Assembly: GCA_034226945.1 (NCBI GenBank)
Contig: CP120459.1
Coordinates: 620,001 to 684,000, forward strand
Direction of reading: 5' to 3'
DNA length: 64,000 nt
Source: Picochlorum sp. SENEW3
Taxonomy: Eukaryota
The stretch's first letter is position 1; the number at the start of each line of letters is the position of its first letter. Below are positions 34,079 to 46,082 of this stretch, one piece after another. Position numbers and translations under genes: made by a program. The notes beneath the pieces are model-generated. The model had not been told where the DNA came from, ran no database searches, and saw nothing but the letters and a program-made list of their open reading frames with translations.

Positions 34079-35488
34079 ATGATGATTAAATTACCACAAG
34101 GACGTCCGATATATACCCCAACTCGGACATCTTTGAGGACAACGAGGCTAGTCCAGTGCAACTCAGGCAGTGGAGGTCTCAGTTACAAATCTGCTGGAGT
34201 TGACATTGAAGCTGGCAATGAGCTTGTCAAGAGGATTCAAAAATTGAACCCTAGCATCGGTGGCTTCAGCGGCATGGTGCCTTTCGGTAGGTTTTGGACC
34301 TGTGGCCAGATCCTGGAATGAGCTGGCATTGTGATGTTGTGATCTATTGCTGCAGGCGACTCTTTCTTGGTAGCTGGAACGGATGGAGTTGGAACGAAAC
34401 TCAAACTTGCATTCGATCTGAATAAGCATGATACTGTCGGGATCGATTTGGTAGCCATGAGTGTGAACGACATTATCACATCTGGAGCAAAGCCAATGTT
34501 TTTCCTGGACTATTTTGCAACAGGCAAACTGGATGTCGACACTGCCGAGCAGGTACGATACATGCAAGCTGAATTTGTGGTATGCAAACTAAATTGCAAT
34601 GTTCCACTCATCCGTTTATAGGGTGGAATGATCATGAGTTTGCGACAGTATTGTTTGGCAACTGATTTCCACAACAGCTCAGTCATAGCTGAGGGAGGAA
34701 TGATCCCCAAACGACACCTCAGGAGACTGAAAACACTTTAAAAATTTCCTGATATTGATGTAGGTCGTCAAAGGCATTGTGGATGGATGCAAGCAATCCG
34801 AATGTCAGCTCCTAGGCGGTGAAACTGCTGAAATGCCAGGATTCTATGCTGATGGTGAATATGATTTGGCTGGATTTGCGGTTGGTTCTGTCCTGAAAAA
34901 CAAAGTAATAGATGGATCGAGAATACAGGCTGGGGATGTGATATTAGGATACAAATCAAGCGGAGTTCATTCCAACGGATTTAGCTTGGTCCGTAAAGTT
35001 ATTGAAATGTCGGGGTCAGACTTCAACCAATCAGTGGAGTGGAGTGATCAATCTTTGGGCCTGACCCTTTTGACTCCCACAAGGCTGTACGTGAAGGATG
35101 TTATGAATTTAATCGACATGGTAGACGTCAAGGTACGAGTTATGTCTTCATCTGCACCTGTGTCAGGGCACTCATGTGATGTTTTCTGAGACAATTGCAG
35201 GGCCTTGTTCACATTACAGGAGGAGGATTCCCGGAAAACATCCCTCGAGTGATTCCCAAGGGCCATGGAACGCGAATATTCAATAATTCCTGGGAAATCC
35301 CCCCCTTGTTTAAATGGATTCAGGAAAATGGAAACATCGTTGACTCTGAAATGTTTTTGACGTTCAACATGGGTATTGGAATGATTGCTGTTGTCTCCCC
35401 ATCAGACGCAGAAAAAGCATTGTCCTTGGGAGTGGATGCAACGATCATTGGAGAAATAGTTGAAGGTGGGGGAGTAGATATTGTTTGA
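34079..35488 (+). CDS. purM: Phosphoribosylformylglycinamidine cyclo-ligase (AIR synthase)
   Basis: 'YKSAGVDI', 'GTDGVGTK', 'GGETAEMPG', 'SSGVHSNG' and 'HITGGG'; 3 introns, including 34553-34763. Confidence 0.95.
34602..34738 (+). ncRNA. Structured intronic element in purM intron 2 (candidate snoRNA or splicing switch)
   Basis: Two hairpins (GTGGAA/TTCCAC; TCAGTC/GACTGA plus CTGAGG/CCTCAG), ACAACA and ACA boxes, ATGATC/CTGA boxes. Confidence 0.45.
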
Positions 35489-35772
35489 TCGGTTCAAGTG
35501 TAAGCTAAGGCAATTGATCAAGAGTCGTGAGGACGGTTGACCAATCCTTGTATGATCTCTAGCGTCTCAAGCACAGAATGAATTCTATTAAACATTGTTA
35601 GGCTTCAAATGTTGAGTTTTAGTGTCCATTGATACTCCATAGCAAACACGCTCGCGCAGAACACGATGCGAAAGCACTGTTGTTGACATTTTGGAAACAA
35701 TTCTTGACGACTGACAGTGACGCATCCACAAAGCTACAAATTAGCATCTAATACTCTTTTCTATCGGCAAGT

Positions 35773-38700
35773 ATGGCAGGAATTCCTGATAAACAGTCAA
35801 ATCTGCATTCTGTTGGCTCCCGCGTGTGGTTGCGTGACTTGGAGCACGGCTGGGTCCGCGGAGAGGTCCTCAGGCTCCATGAAGACGGGAAATTGATTGT
35901 GAAAATGGAAAATGGCACTGAAGAATCATTCGACGAGTCTGAGATACCGCTACAGAATCCGGGGGAACGAGGGGTAGAGGTTGGTTGTGTACACGTATTT
36001 TGCGCTCAGAATCACTTCTGACATTGTAATGAGACTGCAGGATATGATTACCCTGACCTATTTGAACGAGCCTGGAGTACTATGGAATTTGAAAGTAAGG
36101 TATCAGCAGGACGATATTTACACGTACACTGGTTCCATTTTAATTGCTGTCAATCCGTTCACACCAATGCCTCACCTGTATGGCACACACATGATGGAGC
36201 AATACAAAGACGCCCTTCAGGGAGAACTCTCACCGCATGCATATGCCATTGCTGACGCTTCTTACAAGCAGATGATAACGAATCGCAAAAGTCAGGCCAT
36301 TCTGGTGAGTGGAGAATCTGGTGCAGGAAAGACTGAGACAAGCAAACATATAATGCAGTATCTTGCCTGGTTGGGAGGAGAGCTTGATCGATCAACGATT
36401 GAAAAAGATCGAAATATCGAGCAAAAAATACTAGAATCGAATCCACTGCTAGAAGCGTTTGGAAATGCAAAAACTGTGAGGAATGACAACTCATCCAGAT
36501 TTGGGAAGTTCACTGAAATTCAGTTTGATCAAAATGGTAGGATTTCAGGAGCAGCGATCAGAACATATTTACTGGAAAGATCACGAGTTGTAAGCGTCCT
36601 AGATCCTGAAAGAAATTATCACATATTCTATCAGATCTGTGATGGTGCTTCTGAAGAGGAAAGGAACGCGTGGAATCTTAGAGAAGCCAAGGATTTCTCT
36701 TATCTCTCCTCTAGTTCTTGTTTCGAGCTAGATGGAGTCAACAATGCAGAGGAATATATCGTATGTCCATTGGTTTGTGTGGTTCTGAAAGGAATATGAG
36801 ATGTGCTAACAAATTTACATTGCTGCTTGCAGAAAACAAGGCATGCAATGGACATTGTTGGAATACCCAGAGAAACACAGGAGTGCGTCTTTAAAGCTGT
36901 TGTTGCAGTCCTTCATCTCGGTAACATTGTTTTCGAAGCAGTCGATGATGATGAATCAAAAGTCGCTAGCATAGGCGAGGAATCGTTATGTACTGCTGCA
37001 AGCCTTTTAGGGGTCCCTGTGGAAGGATTGAGAAAAATTCTGACGACACGAACCAGGAAAACTGTCGATGGGCCAATCATTAGTCCAATAAATGTAGATG
37101 CTGCGATAAATACAAGGGATTCTTTCGCAAAGACTCTGTACAGTCGTACTTTTGACTGGCTTGTAGAGTGTATTAACAAGTCAATTGGGCAAGATCCATC
37201 TCCATCTTCATTAATCGGTGTTTTGGATATTTATGGCTTTGAAGAATTTGCTAGGAACGATTTTGAGCAGTTCTGTATAAACTTTGCAAATGAAAAGCTC
37301 CAACAGCATTTCAATCAGCATGTCTTCAAAATGGAGCAAAAGGAATATGAGGATGAAGGCATTGAGTGGAGCTACATCGAATTTGTCGACAATCAGGATG
37401 TTTTAGATATAATCGAAGGTTCAGGCTCAAATCGCTCGAAGATATCGGGAATCCTCGATTTACTAGACGAGAGTTGCAAGTTTCCCAGATTCACCCACAA
37501 GGACTTTTCGCAAAAGTTGTACTCATCAGATTTCATCTCAAAATCCAACAGATTTTTCAAGCCGAGGTTATCTGAAACTGAATTTGCGATTCAGCATTAT
37601 GCTGGCAAAGTTCAATACGATACACTCAACTTTTTAGAGAAGAACAAAGATTTCATTGTATTTGAGCATCAAGAACTTTTGAGCCAGTCAACTGAAGAAT
37701 TTGTGTGCCTGTTGTTCCCGCATGAGGAAGCATCAGGTTCACAAGCATCTGTTAAATTCAGTTCAGTGAGTTCTAGATTTGGTAAGCAATTGTCAGAGCT
37801 GATGCTATCACTCCAAGAGATGGAACCTCACTACATCCGTTGCATCAAGCCAAACAAGGATGGTGTCCCGATGGAATTTGACAATTCTAGCGTACTCCAG
37901 CAACTTCGCTGCGGTGGTGTTCTTGAAGCTGTGCGAATATCTTGTGCTGGATATCCATCAAAGCGTACGTATGAGGAATTTTATGATCATTTTTGGATGA
38001 TGTGTTTAGATGCTGGTGATCTGGAGGAGAAGGAGCTTTCCAAGTACATCATTGACAAGCATCTGCCTCAGAAAGATACTCAATTTGGTAAAAGCAGAGT
38101 ATTTCTTAGAGCCGGTCGGATGGCTGAATTGGAGAAGAAACGAATGGACTTGCAAAACAGTTCAGCCACCATTATTCAAGCTTATGTCAAGTCATGGCTA
38201 GCTGAGACATACTATTTGAAGGCAAAAAGCTCCATACTCAAGATTCAGTCCAATTGGAGGAGTTATATTGCTCAGAGAGAGCTTAACAGAAGAAAGCGTG
38301 AGAACGCGGCCATCACAATTCAATCCAGATATAGGTCCTATCAAGCAAGGAGGCGACTGTTAAGTGTCATTCATGCTGTGGAAACCATCCAACGAGCGTA
38401 CAGATCTTATGTGCATGCAAAGGCTTTGGAAGCTAGAAAGAGAGACTTGGCCTCTCTGAAGATTCAATCAGAGTGGCGAGGATATTTGGCTCGCAAAGAG
38501 TACCAAGGTTATCTTAGAGTTGTGGTCTTATCTCAGAGTTTGTGGAGAGCCAAGATGTCTCGAGCAGAAGTTGCCAGAAGACGCATGGAGGCCCGCGAGA
38601 GTGGAAAATTAATGAAGGATAAAGAAGCGTTAGAAAGTAAGCTTGAGAAACTCAGGGTTATATCAGAAACAGTGACAAACCAAAGAAATGATTTAAGGAA

Positions 38701-40582
38701 GCAACTTAAGGAAGAAAAGGCTGCCAAGGAGAAAATGCAATCAGAAATGTTAGCCCAGATCTCAGAAACGAACCAAAAAGCATCCAGGCTAGAAATGATG
38801 CTGTCCGCTGCTAATGAAAACCATCGTTCAGAGACAGAAAAGCTAAAAGAGCGCTTGTCGAAAGCAGCCCATGATCATCAGCAAGAGAAGGATCTCTTGC
38901 TGCAGGAGCACCAGAAGAAAGAGCAAGCACTCGTGGAGCAGAACAAACATTTTGAGGGCATCAAAAGTCAATTGCTTAAATCTTCAGAGGAATTAAAAGG
39001 CAAAATTTCGGAATTAGAGGCTCAACTTGAAAAGTCAATGGCTCAGCGGGACAAGGCTATGGAAGAAGCACAAATTGCAAGTGGTCTTCAGGGACAGGGA
39101 GCAGTGATGGGTACTCCCATGTCAGGTCATCTCGTAATGTCAAGGCCTGCATTGTCTGGAGAAAGCTATAAGGACGTGAAGAAGCCAAGGAGCCCATACG
39201 CTCGCGAGCATATTTCTGACATGGATCGCAGGCAGAGAGAGATTCTTGCAAAACAGCAGCAATTGCTGAGAGAACAGAGAATTGCAGACCAAGAGCTTCT
39301 TATGTCAGCACTGAAAGCTGATCTTGGGTTCCAGGAAGAGCGTCCAGTTGCAGCAATCGTTGTTTTTAGATCTTTTGTTCATTGGAAAGTCATTCAGCAG
39401 GATAAGGGGACGATATTTGAAAGAGTAAGCGAGGCTATTGGTCGGCAGATTGAGGCCTGTCCAGATGACAACCGCAAGTTAGGTTACTGGCTTACAAATA
39501 CGTGTGCACTCTATTATCTGATGCAAAGGCACACCAAACCAGCTGGTACAGCGGGAGAGAATGGCATCACAGCACGTCTACGCCTTTCTGGTCAGCAGGC
39601 AGCAAAAGGTCTTCTTGCCACAGCTGCTTCCTATTTGACAAGATCTCCAATAAAGCCTGGTGATGGACCAGATGCTTCTGCCCACGGAGGAACAAATGGC
39701 CTCTCTGTTCAATTTGAAGCCAGATATCCTGCACTGCTGTTTAAACAGAGACTAGGAGTATTTGTCCAAGAAATATTCCCAGGGTTGCGAGACAACATGA
39801 AGAAGGAAATTTCAGGACAACTAGGAATCTGCATGAACATGTCCAACACGCATGGGGGAAGGTCTGCAGCAAGGAGAGCATCTAAAAATCCCCACGACCA
39901 TGAGAATGAGCATTTACTTCCTTGGAGAGAGATTCTGAAATCCTTCACGAGTTTACTGGATGTTCTCAAAGAAGACTACGTGCCTCACCTGCTTGCTTCC
40001 AAATTGATGGAGCAACTGTTCACGATAATCAATGTGAATCTATTTAATCAGTTGATGCTAAAGAGAGATTGTTGCTCCTTCAGTAACGGAGAATATGTCA
40101 AATTGGGGCTTGGAGAGGTGGAGCATTGGCTTGAGAAAGCTGGACATGAATGGGTTGGGAATTCATGGGACAGTTTATCCCATCTGAGGCAGGCTGTGAC
40201 CTTCCTAGTCATCCATCAAAAGGCAAAAAAGTCTTTGGATGAAATAAGAAAAGATCTGTGCCCGTCTTTAACTGTGCAGCAAATATACAGGTTGAGCACA
40301 ATGTATTGGGATGACAGGTTTGGCACTGAATCGGTCTCCCATGAGGTGCTATCTGAGCTCAAAATAATCATGAATTCTGCTGGACAGCAATCCCAAAATC
40401 ACTCTTTCCTGCTTGATGAAGACTCTGCCATTCCCTTTTCCGCAGAAGAGCTTAGCAGGACATATGATGGGCTGAATCTGCTTCAGTCAATACGAGTGCC
40501 AGAGCCACTCCAGCAGTCTGATGACGAGAGGAAGGATAGATTCCAGTTTTTAACCAAAAATTTGATAACTCCATCAGTTTGA
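35773..40582 (+). CDS. Myosin class XI
   Basis: 'GESGAGKTE', 'LEAFGNAKT', 'NSSRFGK', IQ repeats, coiled coil, DIL domain '[11 protein letters not shown]'; 2 introns. Confidence 0.95.
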
Positions 40583-40690
40583 TTACCATATTGTAATATT
40601 ATGAATAGATTATGTTGTCTGGAAGAGCTGATTTCGCGAGTTGTCAGTTGAAAGGACCCTGACGATGGAAAAGTCCAACAAACGGGGACC

Positions 40691-41405
40691 ATGAACAACG
40701 CTGAGGACAGGCACCCTCAAATACCTGGCCCAGCAGGAGATGATAATATACCTGTTTCTTTGACAGGAACCCAGCCTTTGGGATTGGCAGAAAGTGGGCA
40801 CAACCAAGCAACTGACTCAGCTGGTGGGAGCAAGAAATCTCTCTGTCATAGTTTGAAGACTTGTGAAGCTCAAAATGTGACTGTTGAAGTCCTAAAAATC
40901 ACTCCCAGTATCAATGGAGAGACTTCTTTGCTTCTGAAAGATGCTGTTGGGGTCATGAAGGCCTCGTTGACAAAGCAAGCAACAAGCTATTTAGGATCCA
41001 TACATGTCGGGGATATCCTGATTCTCAACAAGGTATGACTATCACTTTTGCTCATTTATTATTCCATGAAGATTCTGTCATCGCCTTACAGCGTCTTCTG
41101 TGTCCTCGAAGGTGTACATTGTGGCATCAGGCCACTACAATCCTGTTCGTTTAGTATGCATCGATGATACCTCAGTCTCATCGAGACACGAGTCTTCGTA
41201 TCAAAAGTTGCATGATGAATCTCGAAACACAAATAATCATGATCTATACCAGTTCACTGACAGTGATCCCGATCAGAAATCCATGCCATCTTCACCAAAG
41301 CAATTTCAGAATGGAACAGCAACACAGATGGATGATTTACAGACGACATCTCCCCCAGAAGACGAGATAGACGCTCTCTTTGATGGTCTAGAAGACCCAT
41401 TCTAG
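40691..41405 (+). CDS. Possible HROB/C17orf53-like OB-fold protein
   Basis: 'LLLKDAVGVMKASL...IHVGDILILNK|VYIV' resembles DUF4539; one intron. Confidence 0.45.
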
Positions 41406-41661
41406 AGCGAGTCACCATTTGTGGCAATGACTCATTCTCAGCCAACTCAGTGAGTATATAGCACAGATACGAAATGATCACTTCTCTCCTTCTCGTCACA
41501 ATAATGGGGCACAAAGAAGAATACCCGCATTTTATTTAGGATGCAATCAATAAGTATACATTTACGTACATATATACAGTACACGATGCAATAATGAAAC
41601 ACAGGGCGTCTCGAAAGACAGCACTGCCTTGTACAAAGTATTGAATGCCCTTGATAGGAGC

Positions 41662-42985
41662 ATGAATCAGAAGATAGAACTCAGTCCCATTGATAGTACT
41701 GAAAATTTTGGTGATAGGCCTGTAGCGATGCCTTTAGATGATGATGAAACAGAGACCACGAGGCTGTTACCGGACTCGACAGCTTCAAGCAAACACGAGG
41801 AGTCACAGGAAGAGTTGGTACGAGTGGTTTAGAAAATGTGTTTTAAATTATTTATGTAGTCTAAATAATGCTTGCCTGATGTCATGCCAAATAAGCTCTT
41901 GCCACTCTGTGTGCAGAGAGGTAGACAACTGTTTTTCTACCGTACGCGTCGAGTCTTGGGTTTCTTGCTAGCAAATTGGTATAAATTTGTCATCTTGGGG
42001 ATAGTCATAGCTCTCATTGTTCTCGTGTCGATTCATGTACGTGGCGGTGGTTGAGAAAGAGGGTCTTTTTGTGTGCTTGAGTCTCACCATTTTTTTGTTG
42101 GTGCAGGGGTTTTCAATCTTTGGGACCATTCTGGCCTGGTTCAAGAATAGGAATGGGTGGGGTGGATGGGGGGTATATGTCGGATTTTATACCGCGATTG
42201 TAGCCCTGTATTTTCCCGGAGTCGTCTTCATCATGGGTGCTGGGTTTGTGTTTGGGTTCTGGAGGGGATTGCTAGCTGTGTGGATTGGAGGTGCCATTGG
42301 CCAGGCATTGGGATTTTTGCTCGCGAGGTACCTTTTGCGAGACTGGGTGGAGTCTTTTGTTCATCAAAAATGGAAGAAATGGAAATATATTGACGCGGCC
42401 ATAGAGCATGATGGGTGGAAGTTAGTTCTGATCATGCGCCTTTCTCCCATTATCCCTTACAATTTGCTAAACATTGCCATGGCGACTACAAGTATGCACT
42501 TTTGGTCCTTTTCAATTGTATCTGCTATAGGTATAGTGTTTGAATGCGGGATTTTCTGCTACATTGGGACTATCGCTGATAGCATAACCTCGATTGTCTC
42601 TGGGCAGACTGGCAAGCCAAAGGCAGTTCAGTGGGTGTTACTGGGCCTGTCGATTACCATGGGCGTCATTGGAGCATTTTTTGTTAGTTTTATGGTGCGA
42701 CGAGCTATTAGAAAAGCTGAGGAATTATCAGCATTGGACGATGATAGAGTGAGCTCGCCCATACCTAGGTTGCACACCCTCTCTCCTGAGAGGCTGCTGT
42801 TTTCCAAACCTTCCTCCGTGAATGACGAGATGGATAGCGACAACGATATGGAGCGCGGTCAGCGTATCACCAAGTTTAAGTCATCACCTCGCACATTGAG
42901 TGTTGATTCGTTAGATAGTGATCCAACAGGACAATTGAGTGCAAAGAGCAACAGGAGGAAATCCAGAACAGAGGAGTTCTACTGA
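41662..42985 (+). CDS. TVP38/TMEM64 (DedA/VTT, SNARE-associated Golgi) membrane protein
   Basis: 'GAGFVFGFWRG' and 'MRLSPIIPYNLLN'; 2 introns. Confidence 0.88.
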
Positions 42986-43039
42986 AGAAAAAGTCGTTTT
43001 CAATAAGCACCCGCACAACTTTCTTTTACATTACTGTAA

Positions 43040-44670
43040 TCACGAGGCAACTTCTTCCCCTTCAATACCTGCTGTATGTGAGGTATCTGACATCCCAGAG
43101 ACATCAGCACCTAGCTGTTCAAACTCATCAGAGTCAGAGTCTGGGACATCCAAATCATAGTAAGGTGTCACATGTGGTCTGGGTAATACTGCCTCAAATT
43201 GTCTTATCTCAGGGTTTATGTAGTCTGGGGCCTTCAGGATAAATACAGCTGCCTTGTTCTTGTATCTAGATGCGTCAGGGTTGATGAATTGGGGGTAGTC
43301 TGGTGCACTGAAAACAGTCATCAAAACTCCTTCTGATGTTTCATGATCTGTCGTATATCCTTCCAGCATATTTGGCATTTCTGGTCGTGCTTCTCGAGCA
43401 TCTGGCCCTTCATGAGATCTAATAATGAGCTTGAGTTTGTTCTCTCTCAGGAAACACTGCATTGACCATAGAATGGACTAAACCCTTATGTATGTATATC
43501 AGGCAGTCAAAATACAAGCCAATTACATACCTCAGTCACCTCTGGACCGAACACCATCCCAATTCCTCTTCCATCATTTTCTTTGAATCCTGATTCTTTC
43601 GCTGGATCGCTCCACAAGACGTCAGCAGCAAGCTTACTCTGTCCAAAACCGCTTGGGTCCAAGCCTCCCTTAGAGCCATGCCTCAAATCATCAATGGAAC
43701 CCACCACAAAATCTCCTGCACTCAGCATCTCAAATCTGAGATAAAATGATAGTTCGACGGCGTTTGAAAATTCTCGCACGCACCAGTATGCTTTCTTTTC
43801 TGACCAGCCCTGGCCGTGTGACGGAATAACCCCCCATGTAAAACTAAGGTGTTTCTACTGATCAATGCAGCCAAGGGAAGTGCCTTGAAAAGCTGCTTAC
43901 AAGCAGCAAAAATACTCTGTACCGCAATAGTGATCACATAATTGCTTCCGGGGAAAACAAATTAATACTCATTTACTGCATACCTTGCCAGCAGTCTTGC
44001 CATACTTTGTCTCCACCTCCTGTTTGAACCCATACATGATTGCGCATGTAGCAGTCTCGTGATTTCCCCGAATTATATGCATATGGTCAGGCATTTTTAA
44101 CTTGTGTACACAGAACAAAAGCAAGGTTTCCAGGCCCCATGCTCCCCTGTCCACCATGTCTCCATTCACAATGTATCGTTTTGACTGTGATGGATCCCCA
44201 GCGACTCTAAACAATTCACAAACATCGTGAAACTGACCATGAGTATCCCCAACAACGACAACATCAGGATCTGTGTGGTCAGGAATGATCTACAACGTCA
44301 TACATGCCACGATAATGAAGAAAACCAAGGTCAACGAGATGTATGAAGCCCCACCAACGCACCTCCACCAAAGTTGCTTCCTTCGCTACAATCGCTTGAG
44401 TTCGCCGCAATATATCCAATACAAAGTCTTTGGGAAGATATTTTCTTAAATGAACTGGATTCGCATGTGTATATTGATGCAAGGAACGTCGAAATGAAGC
44501 AACAAACTCGTCGTCAACAACCTCAGGAATCGCATCAATTGGGGTCAATGTCACCATGTTCTCTCTCATCTGTATCTATGTGATAATGTCAATATAAGAA
44601 AATAAAAGATACCAGAGCTACGCAAACTCTCATGCTTTGATATGGCCTTGTTCCTAGTAGTTGAAACCAT
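43040..44670 (-). CDS. PP7: Ser/Thr protein phosphatase 7 (PPP family)
   Basis: GDTHGQ, 'GDMVDRG', 'RGNHE', 'RSHEGPDAR' and 'FSAPDYPQF'; multi-exon, start approximate. Confidence 0.88.
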
Positions 44671-44860
44671 GTCGTCACGGATCCGTTCGGACGGATGTTT
44701 TCATTGACCAGCCCTGCTAGCTGCCGAGACATCATATGATGGCCGCTCCCCATAGCAAATAGCATTTACTATTTACTTCAGATATTGGGTGGAAGAATAT
44801 TGGTCGACATATTGCATTATTCGTTCTTTTCTTCTGATCTCTCTACTTAAGAAAACGGAA

Positions 44861-45849
44861 ATGTCGCTTGATCTATCAGTTACACAGACTATTTCATGTG
44901 AAGCAGTGGTTGCGATTGCCGAGGATGCAGCAAAAGCAATTCTAGATGTGTATAATTCAAAGGTGGGTCAACCTCTGGAGTTGCTCTTTCCAGCAAAAGC
45001 AAGGTGCTTTGACGTATTTATTGTGTAGGACGAGGATTGGAGCGTCGAGATGAAGGCAGATGATTCTCCTTTGACTCGAGCAGATAAAGAAGCCAATGAC
45101 ATTATTTGCAAAGGCCTCGCTGCTCTAGGTATGTGAGCATGGTGTGTGTCTTATTGTCTTGTGTTATATTGGCCATCAATGTATCTTGTGCAGCTCCTCA
45201 CATTCCAATCGTTTCTGAGGAAAATAGGCAAGTTTCGTTTGATATCAGGAAGAATTATCAGTATAGCTGGTGTGTGGATCCTTTGGATGGAACAAAAGAG
45301 TTTATCAAGAGGAATGGGCAATTTACAGTCAATATTGCATTGTTAGAAAATGATACGCCCATCTTAGGTGTTGTTCAGGTGCCAGTATCAGGAAAAGTAT
45401 ATTATGCTGCCAAAGGCCAAGGTGCTTTCGTGAAGGAAGGGCCAAGCGCACCTGCTACACAAATCCACGCTGTCAAGTTTTCTATGGGTGAGAAGGGATT
45501 GACAATCGTTGGGTCTGCATCGCACAGCTCTGCCGCGACAGAGGAGTTTATATCGAGATTTGATGACCCAAAGTTTGAACAGCTAGGAAGCTCGTTGAAG
45601 CTACTGATGGTGGCCGAAGGTGTTGCTCATGTATACCCAAGACTAGCTCCAACATCTGAATGGGACACTGCTGCAGCGCATGCCATCGTGACGGAGGCCG
45701 GAGGAGTTGTCCTCCAAGCGGGTAGGTGTGACAATAAAGGTGTAGCTTTGGAAGACTGGAAGGAAGTTCTCCCCAAAGAAATGAATGTTGTGTACAACAA
45801 GGAGCACCCATTGAACCCTTACTTTGTTGTCTATGGCCAGCGGGTTTGA
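44861..45849 (+). CDS. cysQ: 3'(2'),5'-bisphosphate nucleotidase, CysQ type
   Basis: 'KADDSPLTRAD', 'SEE', 'WCVDPLDGTKEFIKRNGQFTVNIAL', 'GSSLK' and 'PTSEWDTAAAHA'; 2 introns. Confidence 0.88.
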
Positions 45850-46082
45850 TGCTCTCGAGAGGTATCATTGAATTTGAAAGACACTTACGTAAGTATACTT
45901 GTCTGAATGTAACAACTGTCATTGAGAGCCATGTGTAAACCATTGCTCTTGCTGTAATTGCAAGTTGCATTGGCAAATGTGCTTGAGATGGATACAATCT
46001 TGGCTGCATTTGAGGTGAATAGACATAATAACTCTTATCCATGTAGGAATAATTATTTTATGCTTCTATAATCACTAGAACC

